Of a stretch of 64,000 nt of DNA, positions 18,576 to 27,821 are shown piece by piece (the first letter of the stretch is position 1; every line of letters begins with the position of its first letter). A model generated the notes under the pieces. That model was not told the DNA's origin and made no database searches. It saw only the letters and a list, made by a program, of their open reading frames with translations. The stretch spans positions 2,456-66,455 of the forward strand of contig JAKZTU010000093.1 of assembly GCA_047516945.1 (NCBI GenBank), in the 5' to 3' direction. Source of the stretch: Acidimicrobiales bacterium (GTDB lineage: Bacteria; Actinomycetota; Acidimicrobiia; Acidimicrobiales; Aldehydirespiratoraceae). The position numbers and the translations under genes were made by a program.

Positions 18576-19676
18576 CTACCCCTTGATTGAGCCGCGGGGC
18601 GTTTGCTGAACGTAGGAACGCTTGTACCTTGCACCGAGCGCAGCTAGGAGTTCGTGCGAGATGGTTCCCGCCCTCTGTGCAACCTCGTTGATCGGAGCCC
18701 GGTCACCGATCAGTTCGACCAGAGCACCGGAGTGCAGTTCCGAATCTGCGACATTGGTGACGTCGAGTGTGATCAGGTCCATGGAAACACGGCCGATAAT
18801 GGGCACCTGCACCGACCCCACATAGGCGATTCCCGAGTTCGAAGCGGAGCGGAAGAAACCGTCGGCGTAACCAACAGGAATCGTGGCGACTTTGCTGGGT
18901 ACGTCGATCTTGTGCGAGGCCGCGTAGCCGACACAGTCACCGGCATCGACATTACGGACCTGCAGGATCGGAGCTGCAACGGTAACGACCTGGTGCATAG
19001 GGTTTTTCTTGTCGGGACACGGATTGCCCCCATATAAGGCGACTCCGGGGCGAACCAGATCAAAATGGTAGGCCGGGCCCAAAAAGATCCCGGCGGAGTT
19101 GGCCAACGAAGCAAAACCCATTGATAGATGTTGGCGATGTGCTTCGAACCGCCTCAGTTGTTCAGCAGATTGGGTGCTGTTGGCGACATCGGCGGAACCA
19201 AGATGGCTCATCACGTGAACGACCTTGAGAGCATCCAAGCGCCACGGTTCGTCAATGAGTACAGCGGTTTCATCTGCGCCTAGGCCCGTCCGGTTCATCC
19301 CGGTGTCCAAGTGAATGGTTGCTGGCAGTTCTTGTTGGCGCAGCTTGGCTGCTTTGGCCCAGCACTCAATTTGGCCGAGGCTGTTGAGCACTGGGATCAA
19401 TCGGTGCTCGATCAAATCGTCAATCGTGCCCGGCATGGCTCCGTTGAACACATGGATCGACGGGCCGCTGAGGGCCTCGCGCAACAGCTGTCCCTCAGCG
19501 AGTTGCGCGACAAAGAAGTGACGGCATCCCTGTTCCGCCAGGGCAGTTGACACTTCGACGCAACCAAGGCCGTATCCGTTGGCCTTCACTACAGCCGCAG
19601 CCGCAACACCGTTGAGTTGCTCGCGGATGATCTGGTAGTTGGTCTGGAGTCGCCCGAGGTCGATGGTGAGGTTCAC
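18576..19676 (-). CDS. alr: Alanine racemase
   Basis: AAVVKANGYGLG PLP-lysine motif and typical length. GTG start overlaps the gdh stop (GTGA). Confidence 0.88.
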   Translation of the reverse strand: MNLTIDLGRLQTNYQIIREQLNGVAAAAVVKANGYGLGCVEVSTALAEQGCRHFFVAQLAEGQLLREALSGPSIHVFNGAMPGTIDDLIEHRLIPVLNSLGQIECWAKAAKLRQQELPATIHLDTGMNRTGLGADETAVLIDEPWRLDALKVVHVMSHLGSADVANSTQSAEQLRRFEAHRQHLSMGFASLANSAGIFLGPAYHFDLVRPGVALYGGNPCPDKKNPMHQVVTVAAPILQVRNVDAGDCVGYAASHKIDVPSKVATIPVGYADGFFRSASNSGIAYVGSVQVPIIGRVSMDLITLDVTNVADSELHSGALVELIGDRAPINEVAQRAGTISHELLAALGARYKRSYVQQTPRGSIKG

Positions 19677-20944
19677 GGGAATATGCCGCGCAGCCGGTAA
19701 ACCTTCTGCAACAAGTTAGCGGCCTCAATGTAGGCAGCCTGTCGCCAACTGCACCCTCTCCCGTTGCGAACTGCCCCAACTCGGTCCGAGGCATCCCAGA
19801 TGGCGTCGCGAAGGCGTGAATCTATGTCGCGCGCTGTCCAACGGCTGCTCGTCTTGTTTTGTACCCACTCGTAGTAGGAGACGACCACGCCACCAGCGTT
19901 GGCAAGAATGTCGGGGATTAGGTTCAAACCGGCTTCTTCAAGAACCGCGGAGGCTTCGGCGGTTACCGGTCCGTTGGCGGCCTCCACGATGGTATTAGCT
20001 CGGATATCGTCAACGTTGTCGGCGGTGATCTGCGTTTCCAGAGCTGCTGGCACAAGTACATCGACATCAAGCGCGAAGAACTCTTCGGTGGTGATGGTGT
20101 CACAGGCCTCAAACCCCGCTACGCCTTGGTGTTGGGAGGCGTGGAGCGTCAACTTGGCGATATCAAGCCCACCGGCGTTGTAGATCGCACCGCTGATGTC
20201 AGCAATGGCAACGACCTTCATGTTGAGTTCAGTAAAGGCTGCAGCAACGTGGGATCCGACATTTCCGAATCCCTGCACAGCCGCGCTTTCTCCGCTCAGA
20301 GTGCGGTCAAGTTGGCCATAAAGGTGGCGCAGAGCGTAGGCCGCTCCTCGCCCGGTTGCTGCTTCACGACCGAGGCTTCCTCCCAGTTCTATGGGTTTGC
20401 CGGTTACAACTCGACGAGCGTTCTGTCGTTCACCAGGCCCGCGTGAGTTGAGGTAGGTATCCATCATCCAGCCCATGGTTTGGGCATCGGTTCCCATGTC
20501 CGGGGCTGGGATGTCGAATTCGGGACCAATATTTTCTCCGAGTGCATGGGTAAATCTGCGCACCACTCTTTCAAGTTCGGCGGTAGTGCACTCCGCTGGG
20601 TTGACTGCCACACCACCCTTCGCTCCCCCGAATGGCAAATTGAGCAGCGCACACTTGAAAGTCATCCAAGTTGCGAGTGCGCGTGCCTCGTTGAGGTCCA
20701 TGCCCCGATGGAAGCGCATGCCTCCTTTGAACGGGCCCAGCACATTGTTGTGTTGGATGCGGTAACCCTGAAGAACTTCATGTTCGCCGTTTTCGCGCTG
20801 GATCGGGAAGTTGACGATCAGTTCGTTCATTGGTTTCAACAGGACGCGTCGAACCTTCTGATCCATGTCGATGGCCCGAGCGGCGTCTTCTACGTTGGCC
20901 GTCGCCTCTTGGTAGAGGCGGGTTGAACTCGCGGTGCCGGTCAC
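19673..20944 (-). CDS. gdh: Glu/Leu/Phe/Val dehydrogenase family (glutamate dehydrogenase-like)
   Basis: GPFKGGMRFH, LPFGGAKGG, GFGNVG Rossmann motif. Confidence 0.9.
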   Translation of the reverse strand: MTGTASSTRLYQEATANVEDAARAIDMDQKVRRVLLKPMNELIVNFPIQRENGEHEVLQGYRIQHNNVLGPFKGGMRFHRGMDLNEARALATWMTFKCALLNLPFGGAKGGVAVNPAECTTAELERVVRRFTHALGENIGPEFDIPAPDMGTDAQTMGWMMDTYLNSRGPGERQNARRVVTGKPIELGGSLGREAATGRGAAYALRHLYGQLDRTLSGESAAVQGFGNVGSHVAAAFTELNMKVVAIADISGAIYNAGGLDIAKLTLHASQHQGVAGFEACDTITTEEFFALDVDVLVPAALETQITADNVDDIRANTIVEAANGPVTAEASAVLEEAGLNLIPDILANAGGVVVSYYEWVQNKTSSRWTARDIDSRLRDAIWDASDRVGAVRNGRGCSWRQAAYIEAANLLQKVYRLRGIFP

Positions 20945-20977
20945 GTGTTTCCCTGGTGTTGTAGGCGTATAGGTGAG

Positions 20978-22717
20978 TTAGAGGTACTGCCCAGGTGAAA
21001 CCGAGTCGATCGATTTGCCGCCCGTGTTCACTTCATTGGAGTGAGCCAGCGTGCGCACATAGACGATCGGCTCTCCCTTCTTGCCTGAGATCTTGGCCCA
21101 GTCATCGGGATTTGTGGTGTTGGGTAGATCTTCGTGTTCCTTGAACTCTTGACGAATCGAGGCCAGCAGGTCGTCTGTGCGGATCCCGCGGTTACCACCT
21201 GAGATTTCTCGCTTGATAGCGAGTTTCTTGGCTCGACGCACAATATTTTCGATCATGGCCCCCGAGGAGAAGTCTTTGAAATACATGACTTCTTTGTCAC
21301 CGTTTTGGTAGGTGACCTCCAAGAATCGGTTCTCGGTGTCGGTGTTATACATCTCATGCACGGTTTCTTCGATCATGTGTTGGATTGCCTTGTCGATGTC
21401 GCCGCCACCTTGCGCATCGATCGTGGCTTCATCAATCGGCACCTGAGAGGTCAGATACTGCGAGAAGATCGGCACGGCAGCTTCGGCGTCTGGCCGTTCG
21501 ATTTTGATCTTCACATCGAGTCGGCCTGGACGCAGAATCGCGGGATCGATTAGATCCTCGCGGTTCGATGCGCCGATCACGATCACGTTGCGCAGAGCCT
21601 CGACTCCGTCGATTTCTGCAAGGAGCTGAGGGACAATGGTGGACTCAATGTCGGAGCTGATGCCGCTACCGCGGGTACGGAAAAGGGATTCCATCTCGTC
21701 GAAGAAGACGATAACGGGCCAGCCTTCCTCGCTTTTCTCTCGTGCTCGTTGAAATACCAGGCGTATCTGGCGTTCGGTTTCTCCGACATATTTGTTGAGA
21801 AGTTCGGGACCTTTGATATTGAGGAAGAAGCTGCGCGCCTTGCTGTCACCGGAAACTTCAGCGACTTTATTGGCCAGACTGTTGGCGACTGCTTTAGCGA
21901 TCAGTGTTTTGCCACAGCCAGGAGGGCCGTAGAGGAGGATTCCCTTTGGGGCTGGAAGGTTGTACTCCAAGAACAACGCAGAGTGGACGAAGGGCAACTC
22001 GACGGCGTCGGTAATTTCCTCGATTTGTTGGTCGAGTCCGCCCACATCCGCGTAGGAAACATCTGGCACCTCTTCGAGAACGAGATTTTCGACTTCGGGT
22101 CTCGGTAAACGCTCCAAGACAATGCCGGCACGAGGGTCAATGAGCAGAGTGTCACCACTACGGAGTGGCCCTTCGCGAACGGAGTCGCTCAACTCAACGA
22201 CGCGTTCCTCATCGGCGCGACCGATTATCAACGCTCGAGTTTTGCCATCGAGCAGTTCTTTGAGGATGGCTACCTCGCCCGACCGATCTGGGCGGCGGGC
22301 GAGTATTACGTTGAGCGACTCGTTGAGCACAACCTCCTGACCGCGGATCAACTCGCCGGAAAGTTCGGGCTGCACTGATACCCGCATCTTTCTACCGCTG
22401 GCATGGACATCGACGGTTCCGTCATCATTGATGTTCAGCACCGTTCCGTACCCTGATGGCGGTTGGGTCAGCTTGGCGACCTCATCACGCAGAGTGGCTA
22501 TGTGCTCGCGGGCCTCGCGCAGTGTGTAAGCGAGCTTCTCGTTTTGAGAAACAGCCTGGCTGAGCTGCCCCCTAGCTTCACTCAACCGCTCCTCCAACGT
22601 CGCGATTCGATTGTGGGAGTCTTGGGGTTGCCGACGGAGCTCGGTGAGTTCATCTTCGAGCTCGGCAAAACGCATGCGCAGTCTATATATCTCAGCCTCT
22701 GCCTCTGAGTGTTCCAC
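20978..22717 (-). CDS. arc: Proteasome-associated AAA ATPase ARC/Mpa
   Basis: N-terminal coiled coil, Walker A GPPGCGKT, Walker [10 protein letters not shown], and a C-terminal ..GQYL tail. Confidence 0.95.
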   Translation of the reverse strand: MEHSEAEAEIYRLRMRFAELEDELTELRRQPQDSHNRIATLEERLSEARGQLSQAVSQNEKLAYTLREAREHIATLRDEVAKLTQPPSGYGTVLNINDDGTVDVHASGRKMRVSVQPELSGELIRGQEVVLNESLNVILARRPDRSGEVAILKELLDGKTRALIIGRADEERVVELSDSVREGPLRSGDTLLIDPRAGIVLERLPRPEVENLVLEEVPDVSYADVGGLDQQIEEITDAVELPFVHSALFLEYNLPAPKGILLYGPPGCGKTLIAKAVANSLANKVAEVSGDSKARSFFLNIKGPELLNKYVGETERQIRLVFQRAREKSEEGWPVIVFFDEMESLFRTRGSGISSDIESTIVPQLLAEIDGVEALRNVIVIGASNREDLIDPAILRPGRLDVKIKIERPDAEAAVPIFSQYLTSQVPIDEATIDAQGGGDIDKAIQHMIEETVHEMYNTDTENRFLEVTYQNGDKEVMYFKDFSSGAMIENIVRRAKKLAIKREISGGNRGIRTDDLLASIRQEFKEHEDLPNTTNPDDWAKISGKKGEPIVYVRTLAHSNEVNTGGKSIDSVSPGQYL

Positions 22718-22933
22718 GCTTCCTCCTGCTTTTTGCTTCGGCGTTACCCTAGACGGCCGGAGCGGTACTTTCGTGGTTGTATCTTCACCGGCTGGCGAGC
22801 AACCACGCGCTCTCTCACTAAATTTACTGCATCTCCGGTTCCAAGACGTGAGTTTTCGGGGTTATGCTGTCGGCATAGAGAAATCACCTAAGCGGGAAGT
22901 CACCCGCGCTGACACACGAGGTCGCAACGACTC

Positions 22934-23167
22934 ATGAAGGTTTGGATCGATCAGGATCTTTGCACTGGAGACGGTCTCTGCGAAGAGATCGCCCCCGATG
23001 TCTTTACTCTTTTAGACGATGGCCTCGCCTACGTCAGGGAAGGCGACACGGTTTTCTCGGACCCGGGTGGGCCGGACGGCCTTGCAGTGGTTCCGGACGG
23101 CCAGGAAGAAGCGACGATCGAATCCGCCGAAGAGTGCCCTGGCGAGTGCATCTTCATTGAGGTCTAA
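22934..23167 (+). CDS. Small ferredoxin (single Fe-S cluster type)
   Basis: MKVWIDQDLCTGDGLCEEIAPDVF ... EECPGECIFIEV. Confidence 0.8.
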   Translation: MKVWIDQDLCTGDGLCEEIAPDVFTLLDDGLAYVREGDTVFSDPGGPDGLAVVPDGQEEATIESAEECPGECIFIEV

Positions 23168-23223
23168 GAGGCATTGAGGTCTAAGAGGCCGAGCGAATCT
23201 GCGCTACTCGTCTGCGCTACTCG
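23156..23223. repeat. Two adjacent perfect tandem duplications: 17 bp x2 (23156-23189, spans the ferredoxin stop) and 13 bp x2 (23198-23223, spans the trmI stop)
   Basis: ATTGAGGTCTAAGAGGC x2 and TCTGCGCTACTCG x2, read directly from the sequence. GGTCTAAGAGGCCGAGCGAA recurs at 31470 with one mismatch. Confidence 0.9.
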
Positions 23224-23996
23224 CTGAGAAGTCTGGCGCTGGTCAAGAATCCTGTGTGAGCAACCATCCGATGATCTGGACGGACCGCCTGATCGGCAAC
23301 GTGCCAGCCACGGTTGAGCACTTCTATCGTTTGAGCCATACCGAACAGCGAGCTTTCCAGCTTGGCGTGAAGTTGAGCGACCTGCATAATGCTTGGTGTG
23401 TAGGCCACGAAGATTCCCCCCGGGCGCAGCGCGGTTTCCGCGTGGGGTACAACTTGCCACGGTTCGGGTAGATCGAGCACCACGCGGTCAAGGTCTGTGG
23501 TGCTGATACCGGCATACACATCTTGGAGGTGGGTGTCGTAGCGGTCGAGCACCTCCGCTCCCAGAAAACGGCTGACATTGGAGAGGGCTCTGGAAAGAAA
23601 ATCCTCGCGGATCTCGTAGCCGGTGATATGGGCGCCGGCTCGCAGCATCGCGGTTGACAACGCTCCGCTTCCCAGACCTGATTCCAGGACTCGGGCACCG
23701 GGGAAGATGTCGGCCATTATCAGGATCGGACCAATATCTTTCGGGTAGATGACCTGAGCACCACGCGGCATTTTCAAAATGAAATCTGTGATCGTGGGCC
23801 GAAGCGCTATGAAGGTCATCCCTCTTGTCGACCTGAATAGAGCGCCTTCGTCGGAGCCGATCAGTTCGTCGTGGCTCAATACTCCCGAATGGGTATGGAA
23901 TTCGCCTCCTGTTGCCAAGTCGATCAGGTATCGACGCTTCTTGCGGTCGATGAGCAAGACCGGTTCGCCTGCCTTCAATGGCCCGCGTGCAGTCAC
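23217..23996 (-). CDS. trmI: tRNA (adenine58-N1)-methyltransferase TrmI
   Basis: GCD14-type sequence with SAM motif VLESGLGSGALS. Conserved position next to arc, as in mycobacteria. Confidence 0.88.
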   Translation of the reverse strand: MTARGPLKAGEPVLLIDRKKRRYLIDLATGGEFHTHSGVLSHDELIGSDEGALFRSTRGMTFIALRPTITDFILKMPRGAQVIYPKDIGPILIMADIFPGARVLESGLGSGALSTAMLRAGAHITGYEIREDFLSRALSNVSRFLGAEVLDRYDTHLQDVYAGISTTDLDRVVLDLPEPWQVVPHAETALRPGGIFVAYTPSIMQVAQLHAKLESSLFGMAQTIEVLNRGWHVADQAVRPDHRMVAHTGFLTSARLLSE

Positions 23997-24009
23997 AACG
24001 CAGTTCGCT

Positions 24010-24231
24010 TCAGTTAGGTTCGACGTGACGAATGACGAGTGATTCGCCTAGCGCCAATCGTTCGGAGAATTTCACGGGCATCTCTGTTCGCTTGAAGACT
24101 TTGGCCAACCAACGGAATACAAAGCGAGCGACGAAGACCGCTAGCCAGACGCGGGACCCGCCTAAAAGACCTTTGCGGAAACTGTTTACCCGCACGGTCT
24201 CAAACAGAGAGGTCAAAGCGAAGCGCCGCAC
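24010..24231 (-). CDS. Small hypothetical membrane-associated protein
   Basis: Third gene of a tightly spaced three-gene set, with the hydrophobic segment VWLAVFVARFVFRWL. Confidence 0.4.
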   Translation of the reverse strand: MRRFALTSLFETVRVNSFRKGLLGGSRVWLAVFVARFVFRWLAKVFKRTEMPVKFSERLALGESLVIRHVEPN

Positions 24232-24236
24232 GAGTG

Positions 24237-24458
24237 CTAGATCCTCCGAATCTCGACAACGGTTGATCTGGTGGCGCCAACTCTGCGTCCCAAGAAGTAG
24301 GCGACCATTAGCATCGCAACCCCGGCACCGATAGCGACGGGCAGCAAGCGCCGAGCGCCTGTCGTGGCCTGCTGCTCGACTTCTCCAACCACGGATCGCA
24401 GAGTGGAGTCAAGATCTTCACGGGTGATCCTGTCTGGGTCGTCTGCCTCGTTTGCCAT
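24237..24458 (-). CDS. Small hypothetical protein with a C-terminal TM segment
   Basis: Start set at ATG 24458 (MANEADDPDR), overlapping the upstream stop (ATGA). TM segment LLPVAIGAGVAMLMVAYFLG. Confidence 0.45.
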   Translation of the reverse strand: MANEADDPDRITREDLDSTLRSVVGEVEQQATTGARRLLPVAIGAGVAMLMVAYFLGRRVGATRSTVVEIRRI

Positions 24459-24808
24459 CACAGGGTCCTCTTTCGGATTTGTTGAGCCAAGAGTCCAAGG
24501 ACGACGATGGCACCGAGCAAAGTGATTGCATGAGGTGCCCAACTAAGGTTGCCCGTGAAGGTACTTCCGGTCTCTTCTTGTAGAACCCGCAAGGTCGCGA
24601 CTGTTAGCGAGATGCCGCTGATCATCAACAGGACGGACCCCAGCACCCCGAAAGCGATCCATCGGGGAATAGGTCGAAGCGGTTCAACGAGTTCTTGGCG
24701 CGCGTAGTCCTTAACAAGATCGTAGAAGTCGCCCGGTCCCATTCGGTCTGCCATCGCAGTCGTAAGCCTACGAGCCGCAACTATCCGCCGAAACCACCAC
24801 CTTCTCAA
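24458..24808 (-). CDS. Two-TM membrane protein, holin-X/DUF1469-like
   Basis: Two TM helices (WIAFGVLGSVLLMISGISL and ITLLGAIVVLGLLA). The start may be the internal MADRMG (24754). Confidence 0.45.
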   Translation of the reverse strand: MRRWWFRRIVAARRLTTAMADRMGPGDFYDLVKDYARQELVEPLRPIPRWIAFGVLGSVLLMISGISLTVATLRVLQEETGSTFTGNLSWAPHAITLLGAIVVLGLLAQQIRKRTL

Positions 24809-24825
24809 CAGACTCCCGCGTATCT

Positions 24826-24906
24826 GCGGCTCCGTCCGCAGCGTAAGCAGAGCGGCTCCGTCCGCAGCGTAAGCAGAGCGGCTCCGTCCGCAGCGTAAGC
24901 AGAGCG
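24826..24906. repeat. 26-bp tandem repeat x3.1 (GCGGCTCCGTCCGCAGCGTAAGCAGA)
   Basis: Perfect copies at 24826, 24852 and 24878 plus a partial copy. It fills the gap between the stop of the Lon-N gene (24907) and the start of the 24808 gene. The unit core is related to the 26-mer at 27059 and 31419. Confidence 0.95.
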
Positions 24907-25533
24907 TTAACGGATTTCGACGAGAGCTTCCAGTACGTCGGCTCGTTCTTCAAATAGCTCAACAGCTAGTGCGGCGCGCTGGTGCCAGCCCGGTTCGCGC
25001 AGCAAGCGTTGATTGTCAAGGGCACCGAGTTGCGCTGCGACAACCAACTGCCACGCTCCGTAAGTTGGGTCGTCGGAGTTGAGCGCAGGTTCGTCGATTT
25101 GGTGGTTTGGAGCGAGCAGTCGGGCAGCGGTCAAAATCCTTTTGAGTCGAGAAAAGAGTTGATCGAGAGCTTCAGGAGCGATGTCGGTGTCGGAGTCGGG
25201 CCAGTCCTCGACCAACGCTTTGGGGTATGGATCGTCGTGCGACCAACGCTCGACGCATATGCGGCGGGTCGCGATAGCGATAATCCCCCAGCGACCATCG
25301 GGAAATTCCTCGGCCTGAACGACCCGAGCGACTACCCCCACGTTTGAGCGCAGGTCGTCTCCCCCGACTTCACGTCCTCGTTCAATCATGGTGATGCCGA
25401 ACTCGGGTTCGTCGAGGGCTACTACAAAGCGAGCGAGTGCGCGATACCGCTCCTCGAAAATATGCAGCGGGACCATGGCACTAGGTAGAACCGCCTGTTC
25501 CAGCGGAAACATCGCCAGTTCGCGCACGCTCAA
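24907..25533 (-). CDS. LON N-terminal (substrate-binding) domain-only protein
   Basis: MFPLEQAVLPSAMVPLHIFEERYRAL. No AAA or protease domain at 208 aa. Overlaps the upstream gene's stop. Confidence 0.8.
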   Translation of the reverse strand: MSVRELAMFPLEQAVLPSAMVPLHIFEERYRALARFVVALDEPEFGITMIERGREVGGDDLRSNVGVVARVVQAEEFPDGRWGIIAIATRRICVERWSHDDPYPKALVEDWPDSDTDIAPEALDQLFSRLKRILTAARLLAPNHQIDEPALNSDDPTYGAWQLVVAAQLGALDNQRLLREPGWHQRAALAVELFEERADVLEALVEIR

Positions 25534-26999
25534 CCCCCGGTGTCGGGCGCGGGTATTACCGCGAGGGGGGCTATGGAGTCAGGTGTTGGTCCATACTCGT
25601 TGGGGTAGCGCGCCACGGCCTCAAGCAGACTTGTCTGAATGCTGTTGCATGGCCCCAACGATTCATCCCCGCGCTCGTTGGTGTCAGCATTGGCTAACAA
25701 GACGAAGGTAATGACGGCGCCGTTATCAGCCGTCATTTCACCGGCCAACGCGGTGATATGGCCGCGATCCGCGCTGATGACGCGCATGTTGGAAGCGCGA
25801 GAGGGTGCACAGGCGGCCAGGGAACTTGTGCGGATCTCTTTGAGTGACGAACTGACGATTCCACCGGCGGGACTCTGCTCGATGATCGCCATCAGCAAGT
25901 CGCAAGTGACTCGGTCCTTGCTTGACAATCCCGAACCGTCCAAGGGCAGACTTCCCTCAACCGGCAGTCCTTGCTGCAGTAACGTAATCAGCATTCCAAA
26001 GGCGGCATCGTTGGAGGCGGGCGACACACCGTTGACGCGACCGACTTCTTTGAAGAGCATCTCCGCGGTGGTCCCGTCGATTAGCGCACGCTGGGCTATC
26101 TCTTCGATGGGTGGAGACTCGATTGTGGCTAGCAGAACCTGCTCGGCTGAAGCCGGTTGTTCTCCGGTAGATGGTTCTGCAGTGATTGTGATCCCTCGTT
26201 GGATCAGAAGGTCGGTGAGGATTCCAGCCGCCAGTGTGGCGGGGTCCTCCGAGCGAGTAACAGTGTTGGTTTGGCGATCCCATTGGAATCCGTCATTGAC
26301 CAGCAAGCCCGACAGAGGGCCGACCACATTGTCGGCGTTGTCGGTTTCGGTCCAAACGGTGCCGACATAGTCGGTTTCGCTGGGAGAGAAGCGGAACTCG
26401 TCTCCGACCACTCCCCCACTGATTTCTGAAATACCTCTACGCCTGAGTTCGATGGCAAGTTCGGCTGCGAGTTGGTCAAGGCTCGTTGATGCCCTGTCGT
26501 CATCGAAGCGGGTTAGATAGTCGTTCGTGGAGAGCACCGGGTCTCCACCGCCTACAAGCCAAATGTCGCCCTCCAGAACACCCTCGTTGACCAAGCTCGC
26601 TTCGTTGCTGACCACCTTTGTCACGAAGACCGTTTCTGTTCCCAAACTCTCGACGGCGGCAACCGTAACAAGCCGCTGAAGTTCCGCTGGTACCAGCTCT
26701 AGGTCAGGTTTCTCAACGGCAATCTCAATCCCGTTTCGGTGAACCCTGAGGCAACGTGCTGCAGGCACTTCGGGTTGGTTCAAGACGCTCTTCAAGGCCT
26801 CTTCGAATTCCTGATTCGAGGTGGGTCGCCGGAGCCACTCAGGGATACGGCGGACGTTGATGATGGGTGTGCCGAGCGAATCGGTAGCGACAGTTGTGTC
26901 CGGTTCACCAGCGTCAGCGGCGCGATTGGCGCGATCGGCAAGCACGCTGGCGGCGATGACCACGGCCAGTATCAGTAACGGAAGAAACAACCGACGCAT
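25530..26999 (-). CDS. PBP4/DacB-like (peptidase S13 family) exported protein, catalytic motifs apparently substituted
   Basis: N-terminal signal/anchor. Overall resemblance to D-Ala-D-Ala carboxypeptidase/endopeptidase (LDGSGLSSKDRVT, ALAGEM..VITFVLLAN), but the SxxK position reads PAELQRLVT. Confidence 0.6.
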   Translation of the reverse strand: MRRLFLPLLILAVVIAASVLADRANRAADAGEPDTTVATDSLGTPIINVRRIPEWLRRPTSNQEFEEALKSVLNQPEVPAARCLRVHRNGIEIAVEKPDLELVPAELQRLVTVAAVESLGTETVFVTKVVSNEASLVNEGVLEGDIWLVGGGDPVLSTNDYLTRFDDDRASTSLDQLAAELAIELRRRGISEISGGVVGDEFRFSPSETDYVGTVWTETDNADNVVGPLSGLLVNDGFQWDRQTNTVTRSEDPATLAAGILTDLLIQRGITITAEPSTGEQPASAEQVLLATIESPPIEEIAQRALIDGTTAEMLFKEVGRVNGVSPASNDAAFGMLITLLQQGLPVEGSLPLDGSGLSSKDRVTCDLLMAIIEQSPAGGIVSSSLKEIRTSSLAACAPSRASNMRVISADRGHITALAGEMTADNGAVITFVLLANADTNERGDESLGPCNSIQTSLLEAVARYPNEYGPTPDSIAPLAVIPAPDTGG

Positions 27000-27053
27000 G
27001 TTGACAGCAGGCTAGGCGGTCCCAGCGTTGGTTGTGCCCCATAAGGCCCTAGT

Positions 27054-27122
27054 GGCCCGAGCGGCCCGCCCGCGGCCCGAGCGGCCCGGTGAGCGCAGCG
27101 AACAAGAGCGGGCAACAACGTT
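27054..27122. repeat. Dispersed GAGCGG-rich intergenic repeat, copy A
   Basis: Shares a perfect 26-mer (GAGCGGCCCGCCCGCGGCCCGAGCGG, 27059-27084) and about 30 further similar nt with 31419-31482. Confidence 0.9.
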
Positions 27123-27158
27123 TTACAGCACAAAGCGCTCACCAATCCGTGCCCCCTC

Positions 27159-27770
27159 TTATGACGTGGTTGGCTCGAGGGCGGCCCGAAACAGGTCTCT
27201 TACGTGTTGTAGGCGAGCCGCTAGCGCATCATCGTCGAGGGGATCGCGCGTAAGCAAGTCGGCGATAAAGGGCGCGTCGCTGAAATAGGACAAGAGGGCG
27301 CCGTAACCGGTGATGAGAAGTTGTTCGGCGTCGTGGCGACGAAACCTGCCGGCTTCCATCTCTCGTTCGAAGTACTGAGTTGCACGGACAAACAGAGGTT
27401 TCAGAGCGAGGCCGAGTTCTATATGACCGGTACCTCCTTCGGCCAATGCTTCGCGACGCACGATCCTGACGAAATCGGGGTTGTGCATGAAGAACTCAAA
27501 TCCGGCTGTGAGCACGTAATCGACCAATTCCCAACCGTCGGCCGATGTTTGGGAAATCGCACTTTCTACCCGCTCATGCCACTCCGCTAGCGCCCGTTCG
27601 AATACCTCCCGATACATGGCTTCCTTGGACGGGAAGTAGTGAAGCAGACTTTGTCTGCGGACGCCTACCACTGCGGCGATGTCGTTTAGTGAAGTGCCAT
27701 CAAAGCCACGTTCGGCGAACAGTCGACGAGTCGCTCCTACGATTGCTTCCCTGGTTGGCGTCTCACCCAC
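27159..27770 (-). CDS. TetR family transcriptional regulator
   Basis: [50 protein letters not shown]. Start set at GTG 27770 (203 aa), because the 293-aa track ORF overlaps a plausible divergent gene. Confidence 0.8.
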   Translation of the reverse strand: MGETPTREAIVGATRRLFAERGFDGTSLNDIAAVVGVRRQSLLHYFPSKEAMYREVFERALAEWHERVESAISQTSADGWELVDYVLTAGFEFFMHNPDFVRIVRREALAEGGTGHIELGLALKPLFVRATQYFEREMEAGRFRRHDAEQLLITGYGALLSYFSDAPFIADLLTRDPLDDDALAARLQHVRDLFRAALEPTTS

Positions 27771-27821
27771 GACATGGAGCGTAGTGGGGCGACCACCATG
27801 CTCCCCGCTAGCGTGGGTCAG

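Noticed and set aside
22863-22877. TATGC-N5-GCATA inverted repeat in the arc/ferredoxin divergent region
   Set aside because: The arms are only 5 bp, a match expected by chance in a 216-nt region. It is noted but not called as an operator.
24826-24906. Possible CRISPR array
   Set aside because: The 26-bp units are directly contiguous with no spacers, there are only about three copies, and no cas genes are in the window. It is a simple tandem repeat.
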